From Bacteroidia bacterium (GTDB lineage: Bacteria > Bacteroidota > Bacteroidia > M30B66): DNA of 64,000 nt. The DNA lies in NCBI GenBank assembly GCA_965279035.1, contig OZ257142.1, positions 2,560,001 through 2,624,000 on the forward strand, read 5' to 3'. Within the stretch, counting starts at the first letter, position 1; each line of letters opens with the position of its first letter. A program made the position numbers and the translations under genes. The notes beneath the pieces are model-generated. The model made no database searches. It saw only the letters and a program-made list of their open reading frames with translations, and was not told the origin of the DNA. This document shows positions 59,679 through 64,000 of this stretch, piece by piece.

Positions 59679-61109
59679 TTAAAAAACGGCTAATTTAATT
59701 TCAGAGAATTCGTCCATACAATAACGAATTCCTTCTTTGCCTATACCGCTTTCTTTCGTTCCTCCGTATGGCATATGATCCATTCTAAATCCCGGAGCAG
59801 CATTGAAAATAACACTTCCAAATTCTAGTTTTTCAAATGCGTATTTAAAACGATTGATATTGGAAGTAAAAATGCCGCATTGTAAACCATAAGCACTTGC
59901 ATTGGCTAGGTCTATTCCATGTTCAAGATTGCGAACAGTTTCTAATATTGCTAATGGACCAAATAGTTCTTCGCAAACCAATTTCATATCGGGACTTGTA
60001 CGAGTGATGATAGTTGGAGAAAAAATTCGTGATTCATTATCAAGGACTTGTCCTCCGAAAAGTATTTCAGCACCCATTCGTGTTGCTTCTAGAATCCATT
60101 CGTTCATTCGTTGAATCGCATTGGAATCGATCATTGGACCATTTACAGTATACTCGTCGTTTGGATCTCCGCTTCGTATGCGAGAGGTTTCGGATAGAAA
60201 TAAATCTTTGAATTCTTCAGCAACACTTTCAACTACATAGATTCTTTGTGTGGAAATACATATTTGTCCAGCAAAGAGAAAGGCTCCACGAGCAACTTGC
60301 CTGGCAGCATCGGCTAAATCGGCTGTTTCATCTATAACAACTGGAGCATTTCCACCTAATTCGAGCAGCACTTTCTTTTTGCCAGCAAGCTGTTTCAAAT
60401 GCCAGCCAACAAGTGAACTTCCAGTAAATGAAAGCACAGTAAAACGAGGATCTTTCACAAGTTTTTCGGCAACAGGAATATCACACACAATCACATTCAC
60501 AGCGCCCGATGGTGCTCCGGCTTCGGCAATCAATCCAGCTAAAATTAACAAGGAAAGTGGTGATTGAGGTGCTGCTTTTAAAACGATACTAGTACCAATA
60601 GCTAATGCAGGTATGATCTTATGTAATGCGAGATTCAAGGGGAAATTAAACGGCGAAATTCCTAAAATGGGACCTGTTGGAAATCGTTTGGTAATTGCCA
60701 TCTTCCCTATTCCAAGTCCAGCATTCATCGGCACAACTTCACCTTCGGCTTTCCAAATTTCTCGAATTCCTGCATCGATAGTTGAAATACTACGTTCCAA
60801 TTCTTGACGAGCAAATGCAATGGGTTTACCCGATTCTGCAACTATCAATTTTGAAAAATCCTCTTTTCTAGCAGCTAAAAGATTTTTCATGTTTTGCAAC
60901 AATGCTGCTCGTTGATCCAAATTGAGCTTTCGCATTTCTTGAAAACCATTCAATGCTGAAGCAATAGTTTCATCTGCTTGTTGATTATTGATTTGTGGAA
61001 CACGCGCAATAATCTCGTTTGTGAATTTATTGGTAACAAGCAGATCGTGTCCGCTAAGCTGCGTCAAATAGCGATTCGCAATAAAAGGGAAAGGTTGGAA
61101 AGTGAGCAT
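59679..61109 (-). CDS. Aldehyde dehydrogenase family protein
   Basis: PFNFP, FTGS, LELGGN, GQICIS, EELFGP, PYGG.K.SG.GKEG. Confidence 0.95.
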   Translation of the reverse strand: MLTFQPFPFIANRYLTQLSGHDLLVTNKFTNEIIARVPQINNQQADETIASALNGFQEMRKLNLDQRAALLQNMKNLLAARKEDFSKLIVAESGKPIAFARQELERSISTIDAGIREIWKAEGEVVPMNAGLGIGKMAITKRFPTGPILGISPFNFPLNLALHKIIPALAIGTSIVLKAAPQSPLSLLILAGLIAEAGAPSGAVNVIVCDIPVAEKLVKDPRFTVLSFTGSSLVGWHLKQLAGKKKVLLELGGNAPVVIDETADLADAARQVARGAFLFAGQICISTQRIYVVESVAEEFKDLFLSETSRIRSGDPNDEYTVNGPMIDSNAIQRMNEWILEATRMGAEILFGGQVLDNESRIFSPTIITRTSPDMKLVCEELFGPLAILETVRNLEHGIDLANASAYGLQCGIFTSNINRFKYAFEKLEFGSVIFNAAPGFRMDHMPYGGTKESGIGKEGIRYCMDEFSEIKLAVF

Positions 61110-61136
61110 GCTTGTAGGAATAAATAATGCTTCAAA

Positions 61137-63998
61137 TTAACGAATAAGTGTCACTGTTCCTGCTGTTGTGAACCATTGTTTATCGGTCCATTGAACTTCT
61201 ACAATCCAACCATAAACACCACTTTGAACAGTTCTACCATTGAGTTTTCCATCCCATCCTTTATCCAAGCCATCTGATTCGAAAATTACTTTTCCACTTC
61301 GTTCATATATCCACATATGGAAATCGATTATTCCAGTTCCTCTTGCTAAAAAGACTTCATTCAGTCCATCGTTATTGACTGTGAAAGCACTCGGCAAATA
61401 CACTTTAAATGGTTCTTTGAGGCAAATTGTTTCTTCCTTTTTATTCGAACATCCATTACTATCAGCCACATCGAGCACAATAACATATTCGCCATAGGTG
61501 CTGTATGAATGCGTTGGATTTTCTCCAGAAACATAGGGAATGATTGTTCCATCCCCAAAATTCCAAGTTCCTTGTGTAGCGCCGGTACTTAAATCGATAA
61601 AATTAATGTCTTTGATTTCTTCGGGAATGCAAGGATAGTCGGGATTTACTGAGAATTGAGATTTTACTAATGGAAATCCGGGAATGGTAATTAAAGTATC
61701 AATAGAACAAGAATTAACTGTATCAATAATTTGAGTGATATAGCTATTCGATGCTAATCCGGGAAGTTGATTTCCTGTTTGATAGGTTTGATTTTGCCAT
61801 TGAATTTGATAATTCACTCCGTGACCTCCACTTATATTAACAAAGCCTAATTCGCCATAACAAAGTGAATCACTTGTTGAAATGGAATAATCAATTTTAG
61901 GACTTACATAAATGGAAACTGTATCGCGCAATAAGGAGCAACCATCTGAAATTGTAATTTGATAATCTGTTGGAATTATTGGACTTACAACTTGTTGAGT
62001 TAATGGTTGAAGTCCTTGATTCCAGGAATATGTAATGAGATTTCCATTTCCGCCGAAGGCATTCACTTGAATGGAAGCATAATCACCATAACACAATGAA
62101 TCTTTTGAAACTGTTAAAGAATATCCAATTGCTGGTCCTACGGTAATGAGCACCGAATCGATACTTCTGCAATAGCCTTGTCCTGTTTCTGAATACAACC
62201 AATGATCGCCTTCGCCTGCAATCAAGGGATTAAACTGATCGGATAAAACAGAGCCAGTTCCATAATACAAGGCATTGGATGGCTGAATATCTATGGCGTA
62301 AAGTGAATCAGTAAAACACAAAATGCCCGAAGGCCCGTCAATGCTGGCTTGAATAAACGATTCAACAGGTATCAGAAAAGTATCGCGACAACCTTGCGAT
62401 GTTTCGTAATGAATTTCATGAATTCCAAGACCTGCACTAGATGGATCAAACGTGCTTGAATTATTCACGATTCCATCACCCGAAAACTGACCACCTGAAG
62501 CATAATTGGGGACTTGAATTTCGATTGTTGGGGCAACTTCACAAACTGTTTGAATATCTGGAATAAAGGATTTTTGAATGATGAATAAACTGGTATCACT
62601 GCAAGAATTCACATCGAAAACAAGGGGGTAAATTCCAGCATTGAGTAGTAGAGGATCAAAATAAGCTGAGTCTGGATTACTCCCATTGATCACTCCTGAA
62701 CCCGACCAGATTCCAGTCCAAGGATCTGTTTGTAGCATAATGTGGTTGAGTAAAGTTCCGTTTTGACCACTACAGAAAAACAAAGAATCCAAGCCAATGT
62801 TTGTGTAAACAACGTAAATGGTCATTGTATCGCTGCAGCCATTGGGATGTGAGTAGATTAAATCCGTAGTGAAATCGCTACTGTCTGCATCACCCGGAAA
62901 AAACATTCCAGTCAATGAATCTGATATTCCTTGCCCAGACCAAATTCCTCCAAGGGGAGTAAAATCAACCAACAGAAATGAATCTTGGGTTGGACAAGCC
63001 GTTCGATCCCATCCTGCAAAAATTTCTTTTACATATACCTGAACAATCTGCGAACAACCATTCAATGAATAAGTAAGGTTGATAAGACCTGCATTTGTTT
63101 CTCCGGGATCAAAAACTCCCAATAATGAATCGACTATTCCTTCGCCCGACCAGCGTCCACCGGGTGGATTTAGCGAATAAATTTGAGAGTCATCACTCTG
63201 ACAAAGCGTATCAACCAAAACTGGAACATTGGAAATATCATCCACATAAATGGTTAAATCTTCAGAACAACCATTCACCGAATAGGTAACGGTATAAACA
63301 CCGGGTGCAATGGGATCGAAAATTCCAGAATTGCTGATGTTGGGGCCAGACCAAGTTCCACCGAGAGGGCTAAAACCCAAGACCTGAAAAGCCGAAGTTC
63401 CCGGACAAGCTGCTTGAGCAAATCCAGCATTGATAGGCAAAACAGTAATATCAACCAAAGTTGTACAACCAAAAGATGGATTAATAGGCAAATAATATCC
63501 GGGCTGATTTAATCCTGCGTTGGCTGAATCTCCTAAAAAAGTACCAGCCAATGTGTCGATAATTCCAGAACCAATCCACCATCCACCCAATGGATTTGCA
63601 GTTAAATCAAAAGCAGGATCCGATTGACAAATGCTCATTGGAGCTGGAACTGTAGCTGGCTGAAATACGGTAATTGTAGTCGAACCGCTTGCTGCTAGCG
63701 CCGGAGAGGTATCATCAACAGTTAACGTAAAGGTGCTAGTTGTTAATGGGCAAACTTGCTGAGGATTGCCAGAATAAGGCATTCCATTACTCCAAGAATA
63801 GCTATAATTTCCATCACCGCCCGTTACATTGATTTCGAAATTGGTGCAATCACCAAAGCAAAGGCTATCGGTCGTTGGACTGAGCGTAACGACAATTGGA
63901 CAATCATCTACCTGAAAATTATCGAAACTGGTAAAATTCCAGAGACTATCGCAGGCATCCCAATAATGAGTAGTAAAAGCAAGTTGATACGTTCCGCC
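61137..63998 (-). CDS. Large T9SS type B CTD (gliding motility-associated C-terminal domain) protein with PKD domain and repeats; 5' end outside the window
   Basis: Frame open to the window edge; ~70-aa P.GG.WSG.GI...FDP repeats; PKD WNFGDG; YLPSAFT.N.DG.NE.F...G.VTLIR. Confidence 0.92.
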   Translation of the reverse strand, partial: GGTYQLAFTTHYWDACDSLWNFTSFDNFQVDDCPIVVTLSPTTDSLCFGDCTNFEINVTGGDGNYSYSWSNGMPYSGNPQQVCPLTTSTFTLTVDDTSPALAASGSTTITVFQPATVPAPMSICQSDPAFDLTANPLGGWWIGSGIIDTLAGTFLGDSANAGLNQPGYYLPINPSFGCTTLVDITVLPINAGFAQAACPGTSAFQVLGFSPLGGTWSGPNISNSGIFDPIAPGVYTVTYSVNGCSEDLTIYVDDISNVPVLVDTLCQSDDSQIYSLNPPGGRWSGEGIVDSLLGVFDPGETNAGLINLTYSLNGCSQIVQVYVKEIFAGWDRTACPTQDSFLLVDFTPLGGIWSGQGISDSLTGMFFPGDADSSDFTTDLIYSHPNGCSDTMTIYVVYTNIGLDSLFFCSGQNGTLLNHIMLQTDPWTGIWSGSGVINGSNPDSAYFDPLLLNAGIYPLVFDVNSCSDTSLFIIQKSFIPDIQTVCEVAPTIEIQVPNYASGGQFSGDGIVNNSSTFDPSSAGLGIHEIHYETSQGCRDTFLIPVESFIQASIDGPSGILCFTDSLYAIDIQPSNALYYGTGSVLSDQFNPLIAGEGDHWLYSETGQGYCRSIDSVLITVGPAIGYSLTVSKDSLCYGDYASIQVNAFGGNGNLITYSWNQGLQPLTQQVVSPIIPTDYQITISDGCSLLRDTVSIYVSPKIDYSISTSDSLCYGELGFVNISGGHGVNYQIQWQNQTYQTGNQLPGLASNSYITQIIDTVNSCSIDTLITIPGFPLVKSQFSVNPDYPCIPEEIKDINFIDLSTGATQGTWNFGDGTIIPYVSGENPTHSYSTYGEYVIVLDVADSNGCSNKKEETICLKEPFKVYLPSAFTVNNDGLNEVFLARGTGIIDFHMWIYERSGKVIFESDGLDKGWDGKLNGRTVQSGVYGWIVEVQWTDKQWFTTAGTVTLIR

Positions 63999-64000
63999 CA

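Noticed and set aside
57665-61109. ALDH plus acs as a dedicated aldehyde-to-acyl-CoA pathway
   Set aside because: Adjacency is the only evidence; the ALDH substrate cannot be inferred from sequence
1-64000. CRISPR arrays, tRNA/rRNA, transposases, prophage or anti-phage defence genes
   Set aside because: No repeat-spacer arrays, cloverleaf-like sequences or diagnostic protein motifs seen by eye

Overview
AT-rich chromosomal window from a Bacteroidota bacterium (T9SS C-terminal domains, TAnnTTTG-type promoters, divergent tamB/tsaD, mfd, def, ruvX, pdxA, acs). It has about 48 CDS and no rRNA, tRNA, CRISPR, transposase or integrase that I could see. tamB and mfd are each split by a single-base deletion, probably assembly errors. 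Most interesting: (1) a low-GC four-gene signalling cassette (exported protein ending in CPxxC, multi-TM protein, sensor-less kinase, NarL-type regulator) that may be a peptide-signalling system; (2) a cluster of lipoprotein c-type cytochromes with CX4CH motifs, YceI, a DUF5777 beta-barrel and an OB-fold protein, possibly an outer-membrane redox conduit; (3) a TPR-kinase/NarL regulon whose tandem 7-4-7 boxes sit exactly 26 nt upstream of the TTTG of the -7 element in two promoters; (4) two candidate sRNAs sharing TGGTTTGTGA, plus a Flavo-1-like RNA; (5) a high-GC umuD-umuC-SRAP island with a structured leader. Family assignments come from recognising motifs, not from database searches.
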